Assembly: GCA_903925745.1 (NCBI GenBank)
Contig: CAIYGQ010000218.1
Location: 12,274 to 76,273 of the forward strand
Direction of reading: 5' to 3'
Source: an uncultured Actinomycetes bacterium
GTDB lineage: Bacteria > Actinomycetota > Acidimicrobiia > Acidimicrobiales > Microtrichaceae
DNA length: 64,000 nt
The number at the start of each line of letters is the position of its first letter. Positions within the stretch are counted from its first letter, which is position 1. The notes beneath the pieces were generated by a model that was not told where the DNA came from, did not search any database, and saw only the letters and a list, made by a program, of their open reading frames with translations. This document shows positions 8,089 to 17,338 of this stretch, piece after piece. Made by a program: the position numbers and the translations under genes.

Positions 8089-10189
8089 GCCTCCGGTCGA
8101 CAACGGTGTCGACGTCCCGGGGACGGGCGCGCTCGCCGACACCGTGCTCGACGTCGATGGAGTCGTGATCGAGCCGACGCAGACGGACCGGCCATCTGGA
8201 ACGACGGCGGAGCCCACGGATCTCGATCGTCCGGAGGCCGGGGCGAATCCCGAGGAGCAGCCCGGCACGCCGGAGGCGCCCGGTGCACCTCGGTCTCAGC
8301 CGCCGGCCGGGGCGTTCGGCGGGCTCGACTCCCTGCCCCCGATCCTCGCGTCTCGCTACCCGGATGCGGAGTTCGTCGCCGCAGGTTCCCAGGCGCGCGT
8401 CTACCGGGCGCCCGATCCGCAGCGCGGCGTGGTAGCGATCCGCGTGGCCTACCGGGGAGTTCACGATCAGGTGAACCAGCTCGGATTCCTCGATATCCGT
8501 CACCGGTCAGTGGCGCAGGTCCACGAGGTCGGCGAGGAGGACGGACAGACGTTCCAGGTCATGGAGTGGGTCGACGGACGTCCGCTCGAGCGGGCGCACG
8601 TGCTCGGATCCGATGGGGAGGTCGACCCGGGGCGGCTCGTGGAACTCGTGCGGCAACTCCACGGAGCCCTGACTGCGTTCGAGGAGAGCAGACACGCCCA
8701 CCGTGACGTCAAGCCGGGCAACATCCTGATCGAACACGGCATGGCACCGGACGACACGCTCCGCGCCGTGCTGATCGACTTCGGTCTGGTGCACCCGTCG
8801 GCCCACACCATCGTCCAGCACCCCGAGCGCAACTTCACCCCGGGGTACGCCGCGCCGGAGGCCTTCTTCAACAGGAGCGGTCTGGCCTTCGACTGGTGGT
8901 CGCTCGGGGTCGTGCTGGCCGAGATCATCCAAGGTGTCCACCCGTTCGGGAGGAGTCGGGAGGACGTCGAACTGAACGTGGCCTTCGCGTCGGCGGACAT
9001 CTCCCTGGTCGAGGACCCGCGGTGGGAACTCCTCCTCCGAGGCCTGCTGACGCCGGATCCCCGGTACCGCTGGAGGTCTCGCGAGGTCGGAGCGTGGCTC
9101 GACGGTGGGTCGCCGGCGGTCGTGGCGCCGAGCCTGTACGCAGCCCTGTTGGACCAACGGATGGACCTCGCCGATCCGGTGGGCCCGATGCCACCGGGGG
9201 AGCCCTCCACCTCGACTCCTCAGGTCGGTGATCCCCCGTCCGGTGGTGACAGTGCGAACCCGAGTGCGCCCTCCTCGATCCGAGGTGCCGTCGCGGCCGC
9301 ACCTCCTGTTCCGCCGCTGGTCTTCCTCGGGCGTGACTACCGCCGGGATCCTCGTCGACTCGCGGACGCGCTCGGATCCAACTGGGATGACGCAGCCAGA
9401 TTGATCGGGTCACCGGCGGCACGCTCGGAGCTGCTCCGGTGGGTCGCCCAGTTCCACGACCTCGGGCTCTCGGCAGCCGTCGAGGGGGCAGGTGGGCCGG
9501 ATTCCACCCTCGACCGTGATCTGGTTCGTGTGATCGGTGCGCTGTACCGCACCCAGGCCAAGGGCAGCCGAGGTCTCGGTGCCCGCTGGTACCGCGGCGC
9601 GCAGTTGCACGACCACCAGGTCCACCGGATCATCGACGAGGGCCTGGTCGACGTGGAGGAGCTCGTCCCGGCGGTCGAGGGAGACGCTGCTGACGAGCGA
9701 GCTCGCCCGGGCGAGTTTCAGTCAGAGGCGCTCCGCCGAGCCGTGGCGCTCGCCGACGGCGACCTCGTCTGGGTGGCGAACTGGAGCGGTCGGGGAACCA
9801 GCACCGAGGCGCTCGCACGCAACCACGAGGCCGGGTGCGGGTTCGTCGAACGACGCACGGCACTGCTCGACCGTGGAGAGCGGGAGGACTGGGAACTGAC
9901 ACTGTGGCGCCTGCGGTTGCTGCACGCTCTCAGTGAGCCGGCTGCGTCGGCCGCCCTCCGGAGCCGTGCCCGTGACGCCGTACGCGCTCGACCCGACCTG
10001 TGGCCGCTCGTCGGCGGGGGAACCGGAGCAGCGCACCACCTGACGGCATCGATCCTGGCGGCCCGCACCACGCCGCCGTCGTTGTGGCAGCGGATCCGGC
10101 TCTGGTTCCGACACCGGGCGGACCGGCCGGCGTCGAGGGGTCGGGCTGCCAGCGACGGTCAGCGTCACAACGGTTGGTCCAGGGGCTGA
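8060..10189 (+). CDS. Hanks-type Ser/Thr protein kinase with long C-terminal extension
   Basis: HAHRDVKPGNILI, LIDFGLV, TPGYAAPE and DWWSLGVVLAEI. About 450 aa of non-kinase C-terminal region. Start uncertain: GTG 8060/8063 chosen because the upstream ORF portion is an out-of-frame read of the PP2C repeat. Confidence 0.75.
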   Translation: MVSDAGVDAEPPVDNGVDVPGTGALADTVLDVDGVVIEPTQTDRPSGTTAEPTDLDRPEAGANPEEQPGTPEAPGAPRSQPPAGAFGGLDSLPPILASRYPDAEFVAAGSQARVYRAPDPQRGVVAIRVAYRGVHDQVNQLGFLDIRHRSVAQVHEVGEEDGQTFQVMEWVDGRPLERAHVLGSDGEVDPGRLVELVRQLHGALTAFEESRHAHRDVKPGNILIEHGMAPDDTLRAVLIDFGLVHPSAHTIVQHPERNFTPGYAAPEAFFNRSGLAFDWWSLGVVLAEIIQGVHPFGRSREDVELNVAFASADISLVEDPRWELLLRGLLTPDPRYRWRSREVGAWLDGGSPAVVAPSLYAALLDQRMDLADPVGPMPPGEPSTSTPQVGDPPSGGDSANPSAPSSIRGAVAAAPPVPPLVFLGRDYRRDPRRLADALGSNWDDAARLIGSPAARSELLRWVAQFHDLGLSAAVEGAGGPDSTLDRDLVRVIGALYRTQAKGSRGLGARWYRGAQLHDHQVHRIIDEGLVDVEELVPAVEGDAADERARPGEFQSEALRRAVALADGDLVWVANWSGRGTSTEALARNHEAGCGFVERRTALLDRGEREDWELTLWRLRLLHALSEPAASAALRSRARDAVRARPDLWPLVGGGTGAAHHLTASILAARTTPPSLWQRIRLWFRHRADRPASRGRAASDGQRHNGWSRG

Positions 10190-10196
10190 CGGGCAC

Positions 10197-10826
10197 GTGG
10201 ACGAGGCAGGGCACAACCGACTTGCTGCGTGGCTCACCCGGCTCGATCTGGCGGGGTGCGTCACCCAGTTCACATCGTCGACGCTGGTGGTCGAGCCTGC
10301 GGAACTCCATGCGGTCCACCGGATCAGGCTCGCTCTGCTCGTGGGGTTGATGAGCTTGCCGGCGGTGCTCGTGGCGCCGCTGGTCGTGGCTGCAGCTCCG
10401 GCGTTCCTCCGCAGGGATCTGCTGACCGAAGTGGGAACTTCAGGCCTGTGGGTCACCCTGGTCCTCCTCGCCGGCCGTCCGCTCCTGGTGCCGAGCAGGT
10501 GGCGTCGATACGGAGTGTTCGCTCTGGTGGTCCGTCTCGGTCTCTCGATGTGCTGTGCAGTGCTGGTGATCGACCGATGGATCGGATCTCCTGGTGTCGA
10601 CTGGCCGGGTCCGGATCCGGACCCCGCGCTGGGTGGCGCCGCTTCGGCGATTCATGTGCGTGCTCCGATCGTGTGGGCGAGCGGATCTCCCGGGATGTCG
10701 TGGACGCACTTCGTGATTCTGGTGTTGCTGCTGATCGTTGTGGATTTCGCCGTCCTCGCTGTCGTCGCTGCTGGACGATCCCGTCTGCCGTCGACGGCGT
10801 TCGGTGTTGCGCCATCGGATCGATGA
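10197..10826 (+). CDS. Multi-pass membrane protein, function unknown
   Basis: Hydrophobic segments LALLVGLMSLPAVLVAPLVVAAAPAF, LWVTLVLLAGRPLLV, VFALVVRLGLSMCCAVLVI and FVILVLLLIVVDFAVLAVVAA. Confidence 0.5.
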   Translation: MDEAGHNRLAAWLTRLDLAGCVTQFTSSTLVVEPAELHAVHRIRLALLVGLMSLPAVLVAPLVVAAAPAFLRRDLLTEVGTSGLWVTLVLLAGRPLLVPSRWRRYGVFALVVRLGLSMCCAVLVIDRWIGSPGVDWPGPDPDPALGGAASAIHVRAPIVWASGSPGMSWTHFVILVLLLIVVDFAVLAVVAAGRSRLPSTAFGVAPSDR

Positions 10827-11013
10827 GCAGCGGTCACCCGGTTGTGGGTGGTCTGGGGCGGGCGTGTCACAACGCTGCGGTCGGTGCCTGTCTTCCGTGT
10901 GGGCGATGTGTCCGGGTGTCGGAGGGTGGACGAGGTCAGTGGCTCGTGGTGCCGTCCGTCAGTCGTCCGTGGCGTTCGGAATCGAGTGGGTTGGATTCGA
11001 GTAGGGGAGGTCG

Positions 11014-12408
11014 ATGGTGAGTTCGCAGGGTGACGGCGAGGTGGTGTTCGACGGTGAGGAGCCGCGACCGGAGGTGGTGTCCGAGGCGCCGCACGGGTGG
11101 TTCACGCGTGCGTGGACCTGGGTCGGTGCCGTTGACGTGACCGGTCTCGGCCGGGCTGAGCGCGCCAGAGCGAGCATCGTGCCGCTGTTGATCATGCTGC
11201 CGGTGGTGATGGCGTTCGCCGCCGGGTCGGTGTTCGCGTCGACGGTGTTCCGGGCGCCGCTCCCGGTGGCGCTGGTGTCGGGCCTGATCTGGGCGGGCCT
11301 GATCTTCGTCCTCGAGCGGGCGGTCGTGGTCAGCGACATCGCTCCCAGGCACCGAGGTTGGGCGCTCTTCGTCCGGCTGGTGGTCGCCGGAGCGATGGGC
11401 TACGTGATCGCGGAGCCGCTGGTGGCCCTGATGTTCAAGTCGGACATCGACGCCAAGGTCGAGGTGGTCCGCGAGGAGAAGCGACGTTCGGCACTCGAGG
11501 ACATCGCCACCAATCCCCGGTACGGCGACGAGGCGATCGCCGCGGCGCGGACACGGCTCGACCGGGCGCGCGCGGCACTGACCTTCTCGGGTTCCGACCC
11601 GGCGGATGTGGTCGCCGATCCAGAGGTGGCGCGCCTGCGCGGAGAGCTCGCCGCTGCCGAGCAGGCCCGAGCCGTCCAGGCGGCCGCGGTCCAGACCGAG
11701 GCCGACGGCAGCGGTGGGTCGCTCCGGGCCGGGATCGGGCCGCGGTACGAGGAGAAGCTGAAGGAGCTCAACCGGCTCGAGGCAGAGATCGGCGCGAAGC
11801 GTGAGGCGTTGGCGGCGGCCGAGAACGCAGCGTCGGTGCGGTCGACCGAGGAGCGATCGGCTGAGTCGGCGGCATCCCGGACGGACCTGCCGGCGATCGA
11901 ACGCGACCTCGCTGAGCGGGAGGCGGAGCGGGGCCGCGCGGACAGCGTCGCACAGGAGACCGCCACCGAAGCGAGTTCGCTCGGGGTCCGGGCCGAGGCG
12001 TTCGAGAAACTCCGGGCCGACAACGCCTCGATCAACCGCTCGTACCTCGCGTTCACCATCATGCTGATCCTGCTCGACATCTCGGCGGTCATCGTGAAGT
12101 TTCTGATGCGGCCGAGCCTGGCCTCGGAACTCGCCGAAATCAACCGTCGCGCGCGGGTCGAACGGTGTCGTCTGGTCAACGACCACCGCCAGCAGGAGCT
12201 CGAGACGATGTTCGCCGAGGACTCGGCACGGAACACAGCGGTCCGGGCGGCGATGCAGGTCGACTTCGACGAGCGGCTCCGCACGCTCATCGAGGACGGC
12301 CGGAACTCAGAGCAGCCCCTCGACGATCGTGCCAGCGAGTGGATCGACCAGGCCGACACCGAGGCTCGCCGGGCCCGTGCCGCCCGCTCGTGGTGGAGGG
12401 ACGCATGA
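11014..12408 (+). CDS. Membrane protein with long coiled coil (DUF4407-like architecture)
   Basis: N-terminal TM helices (IVPLLIMLPVVMAFAAGSVFA; VALVSGLIWAGLIFVLE; LFVRLVVAGAMGYVIAEPLV). A long Ala/Glu/Arg coiled coil follows, then a late TM (YLAFTIMLILLDISAVIVKFL). GGGGAGG lies before ATG 11014. Family assignment is from memory of the architecture. Confidence 0.55.
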   Translation: MVSSQGDGEVVFDGEEPRPEVVSEAPHGWFTRAWTWVGAVDVTGLGRAERARASIVPLLIMLPVVMAFAAGSVFASTVFRAPLPVALVSGLIWAGLIFVLERAVVVSDIAPRHRGWALFVRLVVAGAMGYVIAEPLVALMFKSDIDAKVEVVREEKRRSALEDIATNPRYGDEAIAAARTRLDRARAALTFSGSDPADVVADPEVARLRGELAAAEQARAVQAAAVQTEADGSGGSLRAGIGPRYEEKLKELNRLEAEIGAKREALAAAENAASVRSTEERSAESAASRTDLPAIERDLAEREAERGRADSVAQETATEASSLGVRAEAFEKLRADNASINRSYLAFTIMLILLDISAVIVKFLMRPSLASELAEINRRARVERCRLVNDHRQQELETMFAEDSARNTAVRAAMQVDFDERLRTLIEDGRNSEQPLDDRASEWIDQADTEARRARAARSWWRDA

Positions 12409-13277
12409 CCTCGGGATTCTGCGTGCAGTGCGGCGACGTCACCACGTTCCGACGGTGCGAACGCTGTTCCGGTCGTCGTCCGGCCCCGCCTGCGGGCTGG
12501 GGCGATGTCGGGCCGGGGCCCGGGCGGGACAGATCGACACTGTCGCAGGGTGTCGGGCGCGGTGAGGTGGTCCAGCCGGGGGCATCTGCGACCCGGGCGC
12601 CATTCGGCGTCGGACGCCTCCTCTCGGGAGCATCGTCCGACCCACGTCCGGCCACGACGTCGAGCCCGCTGCCCGTCAGTCTGGGCAGTCGGATGCTGCC
12701 CCGGATCGGCCTGAGTGGTCTGGTCGACGGAGACGCACGTGTCGCCAGCGAGCCGCAGGCCCGAACCGTTGACGGTGGCTCCGGCGTCGGAGTGCTCAGG
12801 TCCCTCGCCCTGTTGCTGGGCGTGCTGGTGGTGGTGACCACTCCGTCGGTGATCTCGCTCATGATCGTGGTGCTCTTCGTCGTGTTCGCCTGGAGGCTGG
12901 TGGCGCGGTGGCTCGGGATCGGTGGATCCGGGAGCCGTGTCGGCCGGGCTGTCGTCAGCGCCGGAGCCGTTGCGGCAGTGCGGCGTACTGGTCCACGTCG
13001 GGCAGGCGGTCGACCTGCGCTGACCTTCCGGACCGAGGACGTCGCCGGGCGGGTGGATCACGTCGACCTGATCGGCCACGACGCCGGGATCGCGCTCGGT
13101 GACACCGTCAGGATCTCTGGATGGCGCATCCGTGGCCGACTCCACGCCCGTTCCGTCCGGAACCTCACCACTGGGGTGGTGTTCCGACGTCCGGGACTGG
13201 TCGAACTGCCGTTCCTCCTCGTGGTCGTCACGCTCCTCGGCATGGTGCTGGTCGACAGGTTGCTGAGGTGGACGTGA
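12405..13277 (+). CDS. Zinc-ribbon membrane protein
   Basis: ATG 12405 (ATGA overlap with the upstream stop). N-terminal CVQCG..CERCSG. TM segments LRSLALLLGVLVVVTTPSVISLMIVVLFVVFAW and LPFLLVVVTLLGMVLV. Confidence 0.55.
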   Translation: MTSGFCVQCGDVTTFRRCERCSGRRPAPPAGWGDVGPGPGRDRSTLSQGVGRGEVVQPGASATRAPFGVGRLLSGASSDPRPATTSSPLPVSLGSRMLPRIGLSGLVDGDARVASEPQARTVDGGSGVGVLRSLALLLGVLVVVTTPSVISLMIVVLFVVFAWRLVARWLGIGGSGSRVGRAVVSAGAVAAVRRTGPRRAGGRPALTFRTEDVAGRVDHVDLIGHDAGIALGDTVRISGWRIRGRLHARSVRNLTTGVVFRRPGLVELPFLLVVVTLLGMVLVDRLLRWT

Positions 13278-13301
13278 CCCCGGCACCATCCACTCCGGGA
13301 G

Positions 13302-16175
13302 ATGTCACCAGGCGCGAGGTCGGTCGTGCTCGCTGACCTGCCGGATCCCGGCGACCTGGACGAACTGTTCGACTGGGCGGTGCGCGGCCAGCCGTACCGC
13401 GATGGTGGATTGTCAACCGCTGAGTTCGACGCCGCGCTCTCGTCGGCCTCGTGGTTGCAGGTCGTGGAGACCTCGGCGTTCTGGGGGTCGGACGCGTTGT
13501 CACTCCACCGCGCCACTGCGGCGTGCCTGAGTGGACTCGCCCACATCGGCTGTCCGCTGGTTGTGGTCGTGCGCGGCGGAGCATCGGGTCTGCAGTTCAT
13601 CCTCGGCGCACCGCACGCTGCGGTGCTGCGGGCATCACTCGAGGCACACTGGCCCGGAGTGGAACTCAGGGCGGTGGCTCGTCCATCTGTCCAGGGCGGA
13701 ACCGACTGCTCGATGTGGCTCCGTCACCCGGTTCCCGCCTCGGACCATCGGGCCACGGGCTCGTCGTCGAGTACCCCGGCCAGCCGAGCGACGGGTCTGG
13801 GTGCCGACGCCGCCACACCGAGCACAGCGATCGAACGGCTCGCTGAGGTGCCCACCGGTCGCAGCTTCCAGGTCGAATTGTTGCTTCGGCCGGTTCCTGT
13901 CGACGTGCTCCGCGACCGAGCCGCTGCCCTGGCGGTACTCGCAGCGTCGCTGCGACGGGTCTCCCAGCACCAGGTGCAGGTCGAGTCCCACGTCAGCGCG
14001 GTGGTGGAGGATCGTGTGCCGCAGGTCCTGGCCGATGAGGTGGACATCGTCGGTGCCAGGACCCAGCGGATGCTGGGGTCCGGCGGCCTGCTCCTGTCGG
14101 GTCGTCTGACGACGTGGTCGGCGGACGACCTGGCGGTCGTCGCCGGGTCGTTGGTCGGTCACGTCGACTCGAGGATGGTCTGGGGTGTGCACCCCCGGGC
14201 CGTGCCGGCGCTCCCGGTGACCCTGCTCGCCGCTGACGACGCCGCTGATGCCGTCTCCCCGCCTCGCCACGACGTCCTCGGGTTGCCGAGCCGTCGGGCA
14301 CTGCGTCTCGACGAGCATCCGGACGGTCCCACCGACGACGGTGCTGGTTCGGTCGTGCTCGGTCGGACGCGTCGCGGGGCCGAGGTTCGGGTCGGCATGG
14401 GAGAGCTGTGTTCTCACCTGCTCGTCACCGGTGCCAGCGGCTCAGGGAAGTCCACTGCACTCGCGGGGCTGCTCAGCCAACTGGACGCGACGGGGGTTCC
14501 GTTCGCCGTGGTGGAGCCCGTCAAGCGTGAGTGGCTGTCGTGGGGTCTCTCTGGCCTGCGGACGTGGTGTCCGGGATCTGCTCACGACCACACCGGCTGG
14601 GTCCTCAACCCGCTCGAGGTGCCTGACGGCATCGAGGTCGGCACGCACCTCGACCAGTTGGTGGCGCTCTTCCGTGGTGCCTACTCGTTGCCGGATCCGC
14701 TGCCACACCTGCTCGAACTTGCGCTCGTCCGCGCCTACGAGCAGACGGGGTGTGACCTCGCTGCAGACCGGCGCCCCACCGATCAGCGCTGGCCGACGAT
14801 GTCCTCGGTCCTGACGGTGCTGGCCGGTCTTCCGGCCGAATTGGGCTACGAGCCACAGATCCGGGCCAATCTGCGTGCCGCAGCCATCGCCCGGTTGGGC
14901 GGCCTGGTGCGCGGGGCGCGTGGTCGGGTCCTCGACCGGGACGTTCCGTTCCCCGTCGGCGAGGCGCTCGCCGGTCCGCTCGTGGTCAACCTCGATGCGA
15001 TCGGTGACGACCAGGCGCGGAGCCTGCTCATGTCGTTGTTCGTGCTGCGGCTGGCCGAGGAACGTCGGGTGCGTCCCCACCGGGACCTGCAGCACGTGAC
15101 CGTCCTCGAGGAGGCCCACCGGTTGCTGCCGGCCCAGACCGCCGGTGTGCCCGACGGTTCCGGCTCGGTCGCAGGCGGGGCCGTGACCCACGGCGCCTCG
15201 GTCGTCGCCGATCTGATGGCCGAGGTCCGCAGCTCGGGTGAGGGCATCGTCGTGGTCGACCAGTCAGCGTCGACGCTCGTGCGCTCGGCTGTCGTCAACA
15301 CGTCGACCAAGGTGGCGCTGCGGACCGTGGATCGCAGCGACCAGTCAGCGCTTGGTGCCGCCATGGGCCTCGACGATGACGAGTTGGTCGTGTTCTCGAC
15401 CCTGCGGGATCACGAGGCGGTCGTGACGACGGCGTCGTCGGACCGACCGCTGGTCGTCGAGACCAGCTGGGTGGCCTTCGGGAACGCAACGACACCGATG
15501 CCCCTCGCCGCGCCGTCGACGGCGCCGACGTTGACCACCCTTCCACCACCGGTGCGTCGTGCAGCCGAAGTAGTCGTCCGTGTCCGCCCGAGCACCGATC
15601 GTGCCGGCGATCCCCGCGCCGTGCTGCTCGAGGAGATCGCCGACGCCTGGCCCGACATCACGGATGAGGACACGGCGGCAGTGGTCCGCAACGTGCTCGA
15701 TGCGGCCCTCGCGCCAGTCGACAGTGCGCGACGCTGGCCCCGGGGTCGCCGTGAGTCGGCAGTGTTCGGCGCAGCGATCGGATCTCCTCCGCAGGACCAT
15801 CCGCTCGAGCTGCTCCTCGATGGCCGGCGTCCCAGGTTGTCCTGTCGGGTGGTCTGCCCGGCCGGAGGGTGTCTCACCGGGGAGCTGGTCGAACCAGCCG
15901 TCGAGCGCCTCCTCGCCCAGCCGACCGTGGTGCACCGGATGCTCGCCGATCCCGAGGAGTGCCGCCGGCGGATCCGACGAGAGGCCGAGCACCTGCTCGG
16001 GGATGAGGCCCCGGAGGAGCTCCTCGATCACACATCGAGGTGCGTGACCGCTTCGGTCTTCGACGATGTCGTCGACGTGGCGACGGTCCGGGGGCTCGTC
16101 GCCACGGTCGGCGACGGAACTCGTGGCGGCAGCCACGTCAGGAATGGACCGACCCATGGGGAGCAGTCGGCGTGA
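13302..16175 (+). CDS. HerA/FtsK/VirB4-like P-loop ATPase with large N- and C-terminal extensions
   Basis: Walker A LLVTGASGSGKSTALAG, Walker B region HVTVLEEAHRLL and VVVDQSAS..KVALR. Flanking ~380 aa and ~250 aa are unassigned. Confidence 0.75.
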   Translation: MSPGARSVVLADLPDPGDLDELFDWAVRGQPYRDGGLSTAEFDAALSSASWLQVVETSAFWGSDALSLHRATAACLSGLAHIGCPLVVVVRGGASGLQFILGAPHAAVLRASLEAHWPGVELRAVARPSVQGGTDCSMWLRHPVPASDHRATGSSSSTPASRATGLGADAATPSTAIERLAEVPTGRSFQVELLLRPVPVDVLRDRAAALAVLAASLRRVSQHQVQVESHVSAVVEDRVPQVLADEVDIVGARTQRMLGSGGLLLSGRLTTWSADDLAVVAGSLVGHVDSRMVWGVHPRAVPALPVTLLAADDAADAVSPPRHDVLGLPSRRALRLDEHPDGPTDDGAGSVVLGRTRRGAEVRVGMGELCSHLLVTGASGSGKSTALAGLLSQLDATGVPFAVVEPVKREWLSWGLSGLRTWCPGSAHDHTGWVLNPLEVPDGIEVGTHLDQLVALFRGAYSLPDPLPHLLELALVRAYEQTGCDLAADRRPTDQRWPTMSSVLTVLAGLPAELGYEPQIRANLRAAAIARLGGLVRGARGRVLDRDVPFPVGEALAGPLVVNLDAIGDDQARSLLMSLFVLRLAEERRVRPHRDLQHVTVLEEAHRLLPAQTAGVPDGSGSVAGGAVTHGASVVADLMAEVRSSGEGIVVVDQSASTLVRSAVVNTSTKVALRTVDRSDQSALGAAMGLDDDELVVFSTLRDHEAVVTTASSDRPLVVETSWVAFGNATTPMPLAAPSTAPTLTTLPPPVRRAAEVVVRVRPSTDRAGDPRAVLLEEIADAWPDITDEDTAAVVRNVLDAALAPVDSARRWPRGRRESAVFGAAIGSPPQDHPLELLLDGRRPRLSCRVVCPAGGCLTGELVEPAVERLLAQPTVVHRMLADPEECRRRIRREAEHLLGDEAPEELLDHTSRCVTASVFDDVVDVATVRGLVATVGDGTRGGSHVRNGPTHGEQSA

Positions 16176-16900
16176 TCGATCGGCGCGCTGATCGTGCGGC
16201 CGAGGACGAGTCCGGTGAACTGGATGCTTCGGGCCGCGCGGGGCTTGACGGGGCGCAGGTGGACTGGTCAGCACTCGACCGCGCCCGCTCGATCGACACC
16301 GTCCCGCTGCTCGATCGCGACGAGCCCCTCCACCCGGAGCGAGCCGGCGTGTCGGTTCCCGACCTGTACCCCGACCGCTTCGAGCCGGCGGATCCGGTCG
16401 ACCAGCTCGAGCTCCGAGCTGCGTGGCGCGCGGACCAGCGACCCGAGCACTGGGTCGCGCTCGTCAATCCCGAGCGGAGCGACCCGCGCCGTATGGTCAA
16501 CTGTGCCGACTGCGCCCGGGCGGTGCAGCGAACCGTCGACGGCGACCCGACTGCCGCCGCCGCCCTGGACCTGGACGGCCTCCCGCTGCGGTCGGTCGAC
16601 GGCCCGGTGGCCGGTGAGGCACCGGAGTACACCGAGCAGTGGTCGGCGGACCGGGCGCAGCCCATGGACTACGACGAGATCGCTACGGCTGTCCGGTCGT
16701 CGGGCGGTTCGGCCATCGTGTTCGGGTACGGCCCCGAGGGTGGTCACGCCTTCAACGCCGTGCTCGACGAGTCGGGTGAGGTCCGCTGGGTCGACGGCCA
16801 ACTCGGCGAGGTGGGCGACTGGCCGCCACGGTACCGGTCGACGTTCCCTCACACCGAGGCCATCATCTTCGAACCGGTCGACCAACGGGAGGCGACGTGA
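16172..16900 (+). CDS. Papain-fold toxin domain protein (glutamine deamidase / Tox-PL1-like)
   Basis: MVNCADCARAV .. GGHAFNAVLDESGEVRWVDGQ gives a Cys, His and polar triad context as recalled for this toxin family. GTGA overlap with the ATPase stop (16172-16175). No WXG/LXG or signal sequence seen. Confidence 0.55.
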   Translation: MIDRRADRAAEDESGELDASGRAGLDGAQVDWSALDRARSIDTVPLLDRDEPLHPERAGVSVPDLYPDRFEPADPVDQLELRAAWRADQRPEHWVALVNPERSDPRRMVNCADCARAVQRTVDGDPTAAAALDLDGLPLRSVDGPVAGEAPEYTEQWSADRAQPMDYDEIATAVRSSGGSAIVFGYGPEGGHAFNAVLDESGEVRWVDGQLGEVGDWPPRYRSTFPHTEAIIFEPVDQREAT

Positions 16901-17160
16901 TGGACCGTTCGACTGCGATCACCCTGGCGTCCGGGGCCTACGACGACTGGCTCGGCCCTGCTGCGCCGGGGTCGGGTGCTCCCCGGTCCACGGACTTCGA
17001 CGCCCGCCCGATCGTCGGTGGCTGGCGGTGCTGGCCGACTGCGACGGGTCGGGTGCTCGGGGCGCTGCACGTGCTCGTCCGTGAGGACGGCGAGGTGACC
17101 CGCTGCCCGGTGGCGCTCGGAGACGACGCGGCTGCGGTGTTGCTCGCCGAGCTCGACTGA
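16897..17160 (+). CDS. Small protein in the immunity-gene position after the toxin
   Basis: 87-aa ORF whose start overlaps the toxin stop (16897-16902). No motif; the call rests on position only. Confidence 0.4.
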   Translation: MMDRSTAITLASGAYDDWLGPAAPGSGAPRSTDFDARPIVGGWRCWPTATGRVLGALHVLVREDGEVTRCPVALGDDAAAVLLAELD

Positions 17161-17229
17161 GTGGACTCGTTGAACCGAGCGTGGGAGTTCGACCGAGTGT
17201 GCGGGGCCGAGTGGGTGCGTGGATCGGAC

Positions 17230-17255
17230 GGTGCCGGGCGGGGCGCCCGAGCACC
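17230..17255 (+). terminator. GC-rich hairpin after the toxin/immunity pair (possible U-tract-less terminator)
   Basis: ggtgccgggc (17230-17239) pairs with gcccg-a-gcacc (17245-17255): 10 bp with one bulge and a 5-nt loop. No T-run follows. Confidence 0.3.
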
Positions 17256-17338
17256 GGCTTCTGGGCAACCACTAGGGTCCGGGCTCGGGATTCGAAGCCG
17301 TGACTCGGGGCACCACTCGAGCCGGCGGGAGAGGAGGC

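Noticed and set aside
10936-13289. Minus-strand ORFs of 416 and 629 aa (10936-12186, 11400-13289).
   Set aside because: Shadow frames opposite the DUF4407-like and zinc-ribbon membrane genes. Low-complexity Arg/Ser/Ala composition, and no coupling to neighbouring genes.
17270-17320. tRNA-like T-arm string gggattcgaagcc upstream of the CARF-HEPN gene (possible tRNA or att remnant).
   Set aside because: Flanking bases do not form a T-stem (cggga/ccgtg do not pair). No acceptor or anticodon arms could be built.
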